Assembly: GCF_006345805.1 (NCBI RefSeq)
Contig: NC_043005.1
Span: 74,524,001-74,588,000 of the forward strand
Reading direction: 5' to 3'
DNA: 64,000 bases
Origin: Octopus sinensis
Lineage: Eukaryota
The notes under the pieces were generated by a model. It was not told the DNA's origin. It did no database searches and saw nothing but the letters and a program-made list of their open reading frames with translations. The translations under genes were made by a program, and so were the position numbers. Positions 33,757-48,100 of this stretch are shown here, piece by piece. Position 1 is the first letter of the stretch. The number at the start of each line of letters is the position of its first letter.

Positions 33757-36700
33757 CTAACAAAGAAGTATTACAATGAGCATTTTCCAATACCAAAAGC
33801 ATTTATTTGTACAGCATGGATTAATGGTCATCTATGAAAGACACTAACTTTTATAATACTAAGAGCAGTAAACTTCCAAACATTTCAATGTAAATGACAA
33901 TTCTTTTATTCTTTTATTTTTTCAGTCATTTGACTGTGGCCACGCTGGATCACCGCTTTTTAGTCAAAGAAATCAACCTTAGGACTTATTCTTCATAAGC
34001 TTAGTACTTATTCTATCAGTTTCTTTTGCCAGACTGCTAGATTACGGGGAAATAAACACACCAACATTGGTTGTCAAGCGATGGTGGAGGGACAAACATA
34101 GACACACACACACACAAACACACACATATATATATATATATATATACAACAGGCTTCTTTCAGTTTCCGTCTACCAAATCCACTCACAAGGCTTTGGTTG
34201 GCCCGAGGCTATAGTAGAAGACACTTGTCCATGGTGCCACACAGTGGGACTGAACCCAGAACCATGTGGTTAGTAAGCAAGCTACTTACCACATATGTTT
34301 TTCTTTTACTTGTTTCAGTCATTAGACTGCAGCCATGCTGGAGCACTGCCTTGAAAGATTTTTAGTCGAATAAATCAATCCCAATACTTGATTTTTTTTT
34401 GTTTTTGTTTTTAAGCATGGTACTTAGTCTATTGATCAGGAACATAAACCCACCAACACCAGTTATCACGCAGTGTTGGGGGACAACCATGAACACAAAG
34501 ACATACACACAAAACACACACACACACACACAGTGGACTTCTTTCAGTTCCTTATTTCTTTATTGCCCACAAGGGGCCAAACATAGAGGGGACAAACAAG
34601 GACAGACAAAGGGACCAAGTCGATTACATCGACCCCAGTATGTAACTGGTACTTAATTTATCGACCCTAAAAGGATGAAAGGCAAAGTCGACCTCGGCGG
34701 AATTTGAACTCAGAACAAAGACAGACAAAATACCGCTAAGCATTTCGCCCAGCATGCTAACATTTCTACCAGCTTGCCACCTTTCAGTTTCTGTCTACCA
34801 AATCCACTTACAAGGCTTTGATCAGCCCAAGGCTATAGTAGAAGACACTTGCTCAAGATGTCACACAGTGGGACTGAGTCCTGAACCATATGGTTGGGAA
34901 GCAAACTTCTTACCACACATGTATGGCTGATATATTTTTAAATAAAACAAAAAGAAATAACTTATTTTATGCTTTATATATATATATATACGGCAAAGAT
35001 CAACAACCAAGAGTTGATCTCTGCTGAAACCACAGGCTCGAAAATAAACAATGTGTGCTTCATTTGTCTGCTTAAAATTCAATTAAGTTTAGGAAATAAA
35101 TACTGAAACAGAAACTTAATTTTGAAATAAAATAATTAAATTACTGGGTTTAAATGTTAACTTTTTATCTTTGTTTTGAAATGTTTTTATAAGAAAACAT
35201 AGAACAAGTTGACATTTAATAAATTTGGTTATTGTGACTTCTACATAGCAACATTTTACTGTTTAGGATGACCTAAGTTTAGTCAGAAGCTTATAGAATT
35301 ATTATTATATAGAGTGACGGTAATAACATTGTACAATGATGTTATCACTATTTTCTTATTTGTATATCAACTAACAAATTCCGGTTGTATGTCCAGCATG
35401 TCATCTAAGTGAGTATATTATTATAATAAATGAAAGATTGTCATGGTCAGTTACTAGGCAAGGTCCTCCAATAGAAAGGCTATGTTGGTATATTCATATT
35501 ATATTATGTTAATATATTCACATGGACAATATATTGCCGCTATGAGTCAAGTATAATACCCATAATTACTTGTAGTTAGTAGATTATGAATTAATAAACT
35601 CCCTTCTTCTTCTCTCTCTCTATATATATACACACTATATTTGATGGTCTATAAAGCACACCTTTTTTTACCCAAAAATGGCTTTAAAAATCTCCCTGCA
35701 TCTAACGTACTCAATATGGTTCAAAACTCACAACTGTTGGCCAAAATTATATAATCGTTTACGGTATGTTTATATTATACCAATCACCTACAGTATGTTT
35801 ATATCGAATGTGGATGCAATAAATTGCTTATAATTAACGGTAATAACAAAAAGTCATACAGGTAAATGGAAGAATTAAAACATTATTTTAGTGGTAATTT
35901 ATTTTACAAAAGTATAGCCTAGGCTAGGGTGCATCTTATAGGCCATCAAATATGGTGTATATATATATATATACATAGTGTGTGTGTGTGTGTGTGTGTG
36001 TCCCCTACCATCACCATAACCACCTGACAACTACTGTTGGCTTCTTTACATCCCCTAACTTAAGAGTTTGTGAAAAAGTGACAAATAGAATAAGTAAGAA
36101 GCTTAAAAAAAAAGTTTCAGGGTCAATTTGTTCATCTAAACTTTTCAAGACAGTACCCCGGCATAGCCACAGTCCTATGACTGAAACAAGTACAAAATAC
36201 ATACATATAAATATATAACATTAGAGCCACCAATATTTATAGCTTAATTTAACAGAGAAACACAGCACACACTCTGTTGTGTTACTGGTAGCACAGCCTC
36301 CCAGAATGTAATAGTTACAAAGTCTTAAGTGCTGTCAGTGTGTTTATCCTTTTACTGTTCAGAGTTAGTCCTTGTAGCAATCTACACTATTTGCTTTAAA
36401 ATCTGTCATTAATTAATGTTTGATGCCAAAACATAGAAACTGGTGATACTTACCGAAGAATGGCATGGTTCAAATATTTTGCCCAGGATTATCCTGCATG
36501 ACATTTCTGCCCAAGACTGTCGATGTGAATTCAATACGCAAGGATTCGGAAGCTCTTTATCAACAATGGCACAAGATTCTCTGACCCTCCAGCTGTTAGC
36601 AAATGCCAAGGGACTTTGTGTATGTTCTGGGAAAGAGCTTTTGTCCCTGAAGTCATTATTAGCAATTTGATCATAGTTTCCACAAAGGCCACACACTCGG

Positions 36701-37635
36701 CCCATATATTTATTTTCTAATGTTATATATAACCTCATACTCTTATCCCATACAAGAGTGATGCCTGAAATGAAAAATTACACAGACATTATAAAGTATT
36801 GTTATATAAGAAAAGCATATATTTGTGTGAACACACATACACATCTATGGAGTTCGTTCATTTTTTTACCAGGCTCAGTCAGTGGACTGGGGCCATAAGG
36901 AAGAACTACTTTCCATTGATGGTTTTACTTGATTTTAACAAGACTACTACTCTGATGTAAAATCAAACTAGGTGTAAGGAAAGTAATCAGTACCTGATTT
37001 TTACATATAGAAAGAAAGAAAGAAAGAAAGATGCATATATACACACATATACATCATCATCATAATCATTTAGCGTCTGCTTTCCATGCTAGCATGGGTT
37101 GGACGGTTCAACTGGGGTCTGTGAAGCCAGAAGGCTGCATCAGGCCCAGTCTGATCTGGCAGTGTTTCTACGGCTAGATGCCCTTCCTAACGCCAACCAC
37201 TCCGTGAGTGTAGCGGGTGCTTTTTACGTGCCACCCGCACAGGTACATTCATATGTATACACATATATATAAATACATATATATATATGAATTTTTTGCG
37301 TAATGAGATAAAAAACCAAGGCTGTATAGATATTTATAGATAGAAGGTCTTACAGCTATTTCTAGGATATTAATTAATATCCTAGAAACAGCTGTAAGAC
37401 CTTCTATCTATAAATGCTCTAATATCTATACAGCCTTGGGTTTTTATCTAATTACGCAAAAAATTCTTATATACACACACTGACATAGAACCAATGTTGA
37501 ACCCTTTATTCGCAATATTACCGAATCTGGAACTTAACTATGGTCTGTCTATAGCACTTATTCAGCATTACCTTACACCTTTGGGTCTCAACGACACCAT
37601 TATCTCTTATAACCTCAACTACATACATATATACA

Positions 37636-37679
<44 letters not shown>

Positions 37680-39825
37680 GACAGACAGACAGAGAGTGAG
37701 AGAGAAAGAGAGTGCAAATATAGGAGAAATTAAAATAAACACAAGTTCCTTTATACGTTTCGCCATTGTGGTTGTTTAGAACTCTGCATTGGAAATTTCA
37801 AGTGTAATGCAATGCTTAACTACAAGGGAACACTTTATTTGCTTTGTATATCATAACTAGTAATACTAATAAGTATAATGGAAGCTTAACTACTATACTT
37901 GAAGCAGACTGAACAAGGATAATCTCTGTGAAAGCTGCATGCATAATCTAGCTACACCACTGCCCTGCACCCCATCACACTACCACCCTTACTTCATCAT
38001 AATCATCAGTCTTAGAAGTTCTACATAACATCATAGCTGTTTCTTCTCATTCTCGGAGAAAATCATTAAAAAGAAATAAAAAACGCATAAAACAGAAATA
38101 AAGCTGTTGGTACATACCATGAGCTTCGATCATAATGTAAGTTCCGACTTCTTTAATTGTAAAATTTGCCATGGGTGTGCCTTCGGGAGCCTTGTTGTTG
38201 ATTGTGTATGTTATATTGGTCCCTCTTGCTAAATTTATAATGGTGTCATAAATCAGGAATTTCACAGATTTGGTACAAGAATAGCCAAGGGTACCACAGG
38301 GTACATTTTCTGTAGTCACTTGGAAAGTTCCTCCTGTTTCATTACAGAAATCCTGAGCTATGATATAAGCACATGCTCCCTGAAAGTTGTATGGTTTCCC
38401 ATCAAATGTCACATAATGAGGATCTCCAAATGCTTCACAAGTGGCTGTAATAAAAATGACAATAAATTATAAGGGTTTTTTATTGAACACAAAATATAAT
38501 TGTCTATAATATTATTCTGCCTGTCAGGACATGTTAGAGTGCTATGCTTTAAACAGCCTTAACCCTTTTGATACCAACCTGGCTGAAACCGCCTCTGGCT
38601 CTGTAGTACAAATGTCTTGTTTCCATAAGTATTGAATTAAAATCTTCCATCAAACCTTAGTCACAATTTATGTTCCCAACACTAGCTTAATGATGACTAA
38701 GTTCTTTTACTAAATTCTTTGTTATATTTAAAATTAATTGATTGAAACTGAGAGCATCTCAAAATAAATACGGTAACGAAAGGGTTAACTGTGTAACAAA
38801 ACAGAAGTCATAAACAATCTCTGATTTGATAGAAAAAGTTTCCATGTTATGTTTTTAACAACTTTAACAATGGAATGAAATTAAAAACAGACCTAATTAA
38901 AATCCCTAACATAATGAAACAGTGTTATGATGATCCATATTTAATCTACTGCTCTATTCACATCTGCAAAGTCAATGATCTTCTCTTAATTAATCTTAAG
39001 ATTAAGCAAACCAGTGAAAGCTTATCACCATTACAGTTTTAACATCCACTTTCCATGCTTGTATGGGTCCAACAGGGTTTATTTTATCGACCCAGAAGGA
39101 TGAATGGTAAAGCTGATCCCTGTGGCATTTGAACTCAGAATATGAAGTCTGAAGAAATACCACTAAACATTTTTTCAAGCACAGTAACAACTCTGCCAGC
39201 TCACCGTCTTATGTCTATACAAATATCATTTCAAATTTTTCCACAAGGGCAGCTTGTGGGCGGGGATTAAGTCAATTACATCGACCCTAGTGTATAACTG
39301 GTACTTATTTAATTGACCCTGAAAGGATGACAGGCAAAGTCGACCTTGGCAGAATTTGAACTCAGAACATAGCGACAGACTAAGTATTTCGCCTGGCATG
39401 CTAACAGTTTTGCTAACAATTTTGCCAGCTTGATGCCTTATGTCTATAGAAATATAATAACAAAAAGAGATACTGACTGAAAAAAAAAACGAAATGGAAA
39501 TAATAGTAGATTATATTACCTGCACAATGACGTTCAGTACATTTCCAGGTTCCATGTTTACAATAGCTGAAAGAGGGATTAATATCATCTCAGAATTACA
39601 ATATAGAAAGGTATGTTTTATTTTTTTTTTTTTTCATATACTGGACTGTGGCCATGCTGGGACACAGTGTTAAAGGGTTTTAGTTGAACAAATAGATTCC
39701 GGTATTACTTTGTTTTAAAGTCTAGTATTTATTCTATCAAGCTGTCTTACTGACCTGCTAAGTTACAGGGACACAAACAAACCAACCATCAGAGGGGACA
39801 ATCACAAATGCACACACACACACAT

Positions 39826-39868
<43 letters not shown>

Positions 39869-42800
39869 AAGAGCTTCCACATAGTTTCCATCTACCAAAT
39901 TCACTCACAAAACATTGGTGGCCTGGTGTTATAGTAGAAGACATTTATTTGCCCAAGATGCCACACAGTGGGACTGAACCCAAAACCACGTTGGTTGCAA
40001 AACAAGCTTCCAAACCATATAATCATGATATATGATGTTCATCATATGTCATACAAAGTCCTCTAACATGCTTTGTTAATCTCATACTGGACTGGGCTAT
40101 AATTTTTATGACAACTTTTCTCATATTTATGATAAACACACAGGTATTTAGGATAAACACTGATGGCTTTTAAGTTATCTGTTGCTCGTTTTTATTAATT
40201 TTTTATGTCTATTCTGAAATGCTAGCAATTGAATTATAGGTAGGCCCATGTTGTTTGTAATGAGGCATTACTGGAATCCACAGAAAGACTTGATATTTAT
40301 AGTACTGTGTATTGGAAACACTTGTTAATTTCACTGTGCTCTGATACCAATAACAATAAATTAACACTATAGCGTGAAGTTCATAAGTGTAAATGAGTTT
40401 GAATGCTGTGGGTGGAGGGAGAACCTGAAGGCACATGGCTTAGTAATTAGGGTATTCAGCTCATGATTATAAGGTCATGAGTTCAATTCTTGAGCATGTT
40501 GTGTCTGTGAGCAAGATACACTTTATTTCAAGTTGCTCAAGTTCAATCAGCTGGTAACAATGAGTAGTGCTTGTGTTTCAAAGGGCTAGCCTTGTCACAT
40601 TCTGTGCCATTCTGTGCCATTCTGAATCTCCATGAGAGCTACATTAAGGGTACATGTGTCTGTGGAATGTTCAGCCACTTGCACATTGATTTCACAAGCA
40701 GACTGTTATGTTAATCGGATAAACAGGAGGGAACCATTGTTGTCATGACTGGTGGAGTGCCAATAAAAAGAACTTGAGGTTTCAGGGCTGCTCTTTAATC
40801 TAACAGGTGGGGGGGGAGTGGGTGAGGGAGTGAGAGAGAGAGTAAGTGAGTGAGTGAGTGAGTGAAAGAGTGAGTGAGTGAGTGAGTGAGTGAGAGAGTG
40901 AGTGAGAGAGAGAGAGAGAGAGATGCAACTGATTATAATATAGCATATGAACTTATCCAAACACCTGAACCTCACTATACAATTAACACAGACCACTCTA
41001 GGTTTCATTTGGCACTGTTGCTTTTAACGAACGCTAATATGTGATAGCTACTAACAATTACACGATTAAGATCATTGAAAGTTAAGTGTCTTAACTGTAA
41101 ACAAATCACAATACAAATGGCAGGATATGAATCTCTGACAGCTTAGACAGCAACCTTCAGCCATTATAACACCTATGAAGGAGTGTTATTCATTACTCCT
41201 TCAGTTGATAAGCTACAACACTAACAATTTAATTGGCTGAGGCATTCACCACAAATATTAAATATTTAAAAAGGAAAACATTCAAGTAATAATCAAAGTT
41301 GTTATGAAGTCAAATGCATTTCATCACAATGAATGAGATGGAGTTCTCCTAGTCATCTAGGAGGACAGCAACTTCAAATAAGGCGTAGGAGTGGTTGTGT
41401 GGTAAGTAGCTTGCTTACGAACCACATGGTTCCAGGTTCAGTCCTACTGCGTGGCACCATGGGCAAGTGTTTTCTACTATAGCCTTGGGCCGACCAAAGC
41501 CTTGTGAGTGGATTTGGTAGACAGAAACTGAAAGAAGCCCGTCGTATATATGTATATATATATATATATTTGTGTGTGCGTGTGTGTATGTTTGTGTGTC
41601 TGTTTGTCCCCCCATCGCTTGACAACCAATGCTGGTGTGTTTATGTCCCCGTAACTTAGTGGTTCGGCAAAAGAGACCGACACAATAAGTACTAGACTTA
41701 CAAAGAATAAGTCATGGAGTCGATTTGCTCAACTAAAGGTGGTGCTCCAGCATGGCCACAGTCAAATAACTGAAATAAGTAAATGAGTAAAATAGTAAAA
41801 GAGTAACTGCTTGGGCTGTAACAAGCCATCCAACCTATGACAGGATAAAAATAGTGATGTTAGTAGATTGGTCATAGTTGGAGTGCCATTGATCATAAAT
41901 TTGTATGATCAACATCAACTTAGGGTTAAAGAGTAACTATTTTTTTTTTTTTTAGCATTAGCTTGAAACATGAATAATCGAGTACAAATATAGATGGGTT
42001 GGCCACATCACATGACTGAAGGACAACAGATGGAGAATAAGGGTGATGGAATGGACAGCAAGACAATGGACAAGATCAAAAGGCTGACCAAAAGCAAGAT
42101 GGTGAGATAATCTCAGCTGTTAACTGTGGCCTATATGGCCACAATGGGCTGGAGACATTTGGTAGTGGAAGGAATTCAGGAAGGGCTTCCTCCTTCAGGA
42201 GAGATGAAGCCCTAGATATTGGACACTGGATATGAATAATTTGTTTAATTTCTATATATATATAAAGCTGAAGTTGTCTGTGTATGGCAGGTTTGGTAGC
42301 CTTCAACTAACACTATCTCCTCCGAGACCCTGCGGTGCAAGTTGACCAAAATTGAGAGTATGATAGAAGAAGGCTTGCTCTTCCTTCCGTAGAAGAAAAA
42401 ATTAAAACCGGACCATGTTAACACCAAAAATTATTTACATCAAAAAGGTGCTTTTTTTTCTATGAAAATCCCCTTTTTTTTTCTTTTTTTACTGCTGTGT
42501 CACCATTTTTCAGTGTATTTCAACCAGAAAAATGTTCACTTAAAGAGAATAACAAGCTACATAATGCAAAATTTTTACTTTTCAAAAATTCCAATTCTAA
42601 AGGGTCGAAACAAACCTGAGCAACGCCAGGCGATACTGCTAATATACAATATTTCAGCAATAAAAAATAAAAAGGAAAGAAGAAAATATTTTGCTACTAA
42701 CCATTGGTTGCAGTCTTTTTTAATTTTGTCCCCATTTTTGTACTGGTATCCCAGATGATTACAAGGACACTCAGTGGGTTCAATGCATTTTTGACTGTCT

Positions 42801-43742
42801 TTGTTGAGTTGTACTTTACCTTCAGGACAGATACAACCTTGCTGGCTGCATGTAGCAACACAATCAACATTGAGGCTATCACAAGTTCGAATACAATCAG
42901 AGCAGTTACTCCATACCATATCACCAGAACATAAATCATTAACTAGAAATTAGAAATGAAATGTTAGTTTTCAAAACCAAAAGTGGATTACAATTTATGC
43001 ATGAAAATATATATTTTTAAAATTTTGGCACAAAACCAGAAATTTTCAGTGAGTGGATAAGTCAATTACATGGATAATTTGAAACAAATTTATTTAATCT
43101 AATATTTGTATTTTCGAAACAAAACAAGACTTCCCAGTTAAAAAGTTATAATGAATATATATATATATAAAATTAACAGAATGAGATAAAAATCTGAAAT
43201 ATTTCACAGCCTTGGATTTTTATCTCATTCTGTTAATTTTTTATATATATGCATGCTAATATATGACCTATGTTGGACTCCTCATTCGTATAATCACCGA
43301 ACCTGGAGCTTAACTATAGTCTGTCCATAGCACTTACTCAGCATTACCTAACACCTTTGGATCTTCTTGACACCATTACTTCTCATAACCTATATATATG
43401 TATCAGAACCTTGACGTACAGTTTCATATATTCCTGAAAGGCATTCCTTTCAATCAAAGTATGAAAAAATTACATAGTTATCATCTCTTTAGAAGTATAT
43501 ATGGTTGTTTTGGAAGAAATGAGGGTAAAAGATTCATTAATCTAAAGTAGTGTTTCTCAACCGAGGTTACCTGGAACCCTAGGATTCCGCAAAAATGTTC
43601 CTAGGTGTTCCGTGAGAAACAGCGAGATAAGCTAATGTTAATTTCATGATCATAATATTACTATACATGTACAACATATTGGTTATTGTAATATAGTCAT
43701 CAGCCTATCTAACCTATTATGTTATCAAAAAATATAACAACC

Positions 43743-43778
<36 letters not shown>

Positions 43779-44477
43779 ATATGATATTTACCATGTGAAC
43801 TATGATGGAAAAATATGAGAAAGATATGGTATATAACTTTTTTTGTGCAGGGGTTCCTTGAGTCATGTAAAAGGTTAAGAAATGCTGATCTAAAGAGAGA
43901 AGTTTGTTAAAGCAGCCAGTCAGTTTGAATTGTTAGAAATGACAAGAAGCAATGAGAGAACAGTTTATACAAAGCAAGTTACTATAGCTACTAAGAATAC
44001 AACCAAAGGAATAAAAGTGGTTTAATGTCTGGCTTTCAAATTCTCAAGTCATAACCATTTGAAGGTTTTATTTGTTTTCACTAATATTTTCTTGAAATGA
44101 ATATATTAAAATAACATAAAAAGATTACCAGTTTCCGCTGTTGTCAAAAATATTTACAAGTGATTATAGAGAACACAAGAGGTACAGGAAGTGTTTGTTA
44201 ATACCATAATCATATGATAGATTATAGCAAAATGGCATGGAAAGAATATCTGTCAAAGCTTCTTCAAAGTGCCCACTACTTTGATAAAAAAAAAAAAAGA
44301 GGCAAACATTGGAAATGTAACCTTAGATATATTATACTCAAGAAAAATATGTGCAGAAGATCACAGTGAAATGGACTGACCTGAGGTCAAACAACAACTA
44401 TGATTTTTTTTTTTATTGCAAGCCTTTTTAGACATATTTTAGTTTCAATGTGAAAGATTTTTTCAAGTTGTAGCCCA

Positions 44478-44532
<55 letters not shown>

Positions 44533-45086
44533 GCCCTGATGCAGTACCAGGCAGTGGCTCTCATGGCTTCTGATCTTAACTGATTGGAAGTGTTATCATG
44601 TACATTGTTTTGTCTTGGTATAAAAGATGGGCTACAGCAAATATTCTGCTCGATACCACATATTTGCTTGTCAGTTGTTTGACCTTAACCAGTTGAGCAT
44701 GTCCCTCAGTGGCTGACAATATGTGCATCTCTGATCACAAGCAGAAGTAGTGGGGGAGCATCATAGCCATGTGTTGAGAGGGATTCTTTGGGGTTTGAAT
44801 AATTCACCTCTGGAAACATAGGTGTTTCATTCAACATCCTTAAACAACACTTATTCAGGGACCTTTTCAGTAGGATGGGCTACTCGACCTGAAGAAAATT
44901 CTAACCGGGCCCCACCTGCAAGGTTATGCGCTGTTTATCTTGATATGAGATCACCATGTCACACACATATGGTTGTGATGCATGTGCCTAGTGTATCCTT
45001 ATCTGACAGGTAGTCATGATGGGTATACTGGGCTTCGTATATTTTACCCCAGTGTCACTTTGATGGCATGCACGGCTCTCTCACTC

Positions 45087-45121
<35 letters not shown>

Positions 45122-48100
45122 AATTATTGTATACAGTGCTCAGGTGCACCACAACTTGTCAAAAGTGCATATAAAGCATATGCAGTAATGTACAAATGTC
45201 TGGGAAGTGAACAGTGTATGAGTCAGATACATGCTTGCGTGTGTATGGAGGGAAGAAAATCAGGTGTAGTGTTGGCGAATCTCAGGAAGCATGGAAGTTT
45301 CGAAGGATGCAGTGCTCCAACAACCAACAACTGATGCCAGCAGTTTGTTCCATGCTTCAGCAACTCTTAGCGTGAAAAAATGTTTCCGAAAGGCATATTC
45401 AGTGACCATGTTATAGTTATTTCAAGTATGGTTATTGGTTATTCAAGCATGGTTGTTTAGCCCCAGATATTCCCAGATCAAGTAGATCTATAGTCAAGGA
45501 CTTTCCAGCCCTGACTATTCCATCATTTTTTTATGCTTAAAACTACACTGCATAAAGTGTCCTTTGTTTCTTAAAGACAGATGAGTGTGATTTGCAGAAG
45601 ATTTGGCTGTTATCGCTATTTTATCAAACAACCATACAAATACCAACTTTGGATTAAATCTAGAGTAATGTAGATTTAGCCTTGAGTGATTTAATTTATT
45701 GGTCCCTTAAGTAGAGCATTTATGTACATTAACTGGTATATAAGGTGAAGGAATTTAGTGCAATTAATACAAACCATTGCAGCTTTCAGTAGTACATTGC
45801 CAGTGACCATCAATGCAGATACTAGAAATATAAAAAAAAGAACATATCAGAAAATATAAAGTAGTGAATTGTATGGACTTGATTAGCTTCTTTTTCCATG
45901 TAATCATTCTAGTGTGGGCTCTCTACAGTGGTTTTCATTTCTTCTTTTGCAGATGAAGAGAGTTGCAGAGGGTGGGGGTGATAACTTAGAAAAGGAAGGG
46001 TAGTACCCATGATCCATTTCAGAACCTTCGGGATAGACTGATCTTTTCCCAGTCCTCTTCCTCCTCCTCATCATCATCATTTAATATCTGTTTTCCATGC
46101 GGGTATGGGTTGAACGGTTTGACATGAGCGCTGACCAGTCAGAGAGCTGCTCAGGCTTCAATTATCTGTTTTGGCAGGGTTTCTATAGCTGGATGCTCTT
46201 CCTATCACCAGTCTCTTTACCAAAGATCTGGCTCAGATGCTTGCAACAGAGTGGACTCTGCTAAAAACAGCCAAGGACCAGGACCAGGTGATGCTGTTAA
46301 ACCAGATAACAGATAATTTATTTCAAAATGGATAATTTATTTCAAAATGATAAAAACTGCTGCTTGAGAATAGACACAGTCTCTCCACTGACACGCTTCC
46401 AAGCAGATTCCATCTGTTGATGTTTCATTTGGTCTGAGGATGTGGTAAAAGCAACATTTGCCCCATCTATGAGTCATACAGTGGGACTGAATCTGAAATC
46501 ATGTAGTTGTGAAGTGATTTTATAAACAATACAGTTTTGATCTTTTCCCAGTCCTCTTTCTCTTCCTCTTCATCATCATCATTTAACATCTGTTTTTCCA
46601 TGCGGGCATGGGTTGAATGGTCTGACATGAGCTGACCAGCCAGGGAGCTGCCCAGGTTTCAATTATCTGTTTCTGGCAAGATTTCTGTAGCTGGATGCCC
46701 TTCCTGTTACCAATTTCTTTACAAAGTGCACAGGGTGTTTTTCACATGGCACCGACACAGGCACGTTATATACAGCATTGGCATGGGTGCTCTCATGCAT
46801 TACTGGCATGAGTGCTTTTCCATTGCACTGGCATGGGTACTTTGTATATAGCACCAGCATAAGTACTTTTCTACATGACACCAGTCCAGGTGTTTGTTTT
46901 TTATATTTAAAAACCAGCCCTCACCAATTATTCAGTGTCTCTTTCCTTATCACATTAGTGAATTATGGTAATTGAGAATTAAAAAGCTTTGTTAAAAATC
47001 ACACATATATTCTTGGCCTCTTGGGAAACAAACCAATACACAACACTATTGATTCAGATAGCTGCAGTTGTCATGGCCCAAGGAGCAATGAGTATCAGAT
47101 TCAGTAGAGACATGAACAAAATGTTTGAAGTATCTACATACATACTTTTATGCTGTGGGTTCAAATCCTACCATGGTCAACTTATATTGTTTAACTTTCC
47201 AGGTTCAATAAAATAATTAGTAAAGTACTGGAAGCTTCTAGTCTTATAACTATTGTAAGAAATTGTTACTTACTATAAGTCCTCACAAACTTTTTCAAGT
47301 ATCACATAAAGTGGAAAGTGAGAGTGGAATGGGAAATTCTGCCTTAAGCAAATTTGATGAGAAATAGGTGACAATGATAATGATGACAATGGCAGTGTTG
47401 AAGATGATAATGATAACTATAATGAAGACGAAAATTTCTTGTAACGTACCATTCATTACACAATTCCTGTCTGGAAGATTTTGGTTCGTAATATTCATTT
47501 CTGTAGTAACATTTACATTCTTCAACTGGCACACAAACATTATCTTCTTCATCATATTTTTCTCCCTGTAAAATTTAAATTTAAATTATATTCAGTCTGA
47601 ATCAAAAGAAAACAAAACAAAAACAATAACAGTAATAGCAACAACAACAATAATAACTGTCTCAGATTTGGCACAAGGTCAGCAATTTTAGGAGAAAAGG
47701 TTGGTCAATTACAACCACCCCAGTACTTGACTATTACTTAATTTTATTAACTCCCATGTGATAAAAATAAGACAAATGAATGATAATAATAATAATAATA
47801 ATCCTTTCTACTATAGGAAGAGAGGAACTAGTTGATAACATCGACCCCAGTGTTTCACTGGTACTTAACTTATCAACCTTGAAAGAATGAAAAGCAAAGT
47901 CAACCTCAGTGGAATTTGAACTCAGAATGTAATGACAGACGAAATACCTATTTCTTTACAAATGGATTAAGTCGATTATATCAGTCCCAGTGTGTAACTG
48001 GTACTTATTTAATCGACCCCAAAAAGATGAAAGGCAAAGTTGACCTTGGTGGAATTTGAACTCAGAACGTGGCAGCAGACGAATTACCACTAAGCATTTC

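Noticed and set aside
44129-44137. Possible 9-nt microexon (aacag|CGGAAACTG|gtaatc)
   Set aside because: In the phase-1 intron it would create an in-frame TGA-free but unneeded insert with no domain support; the 45775 and 42942 exons already join correctly, so it is likely chance
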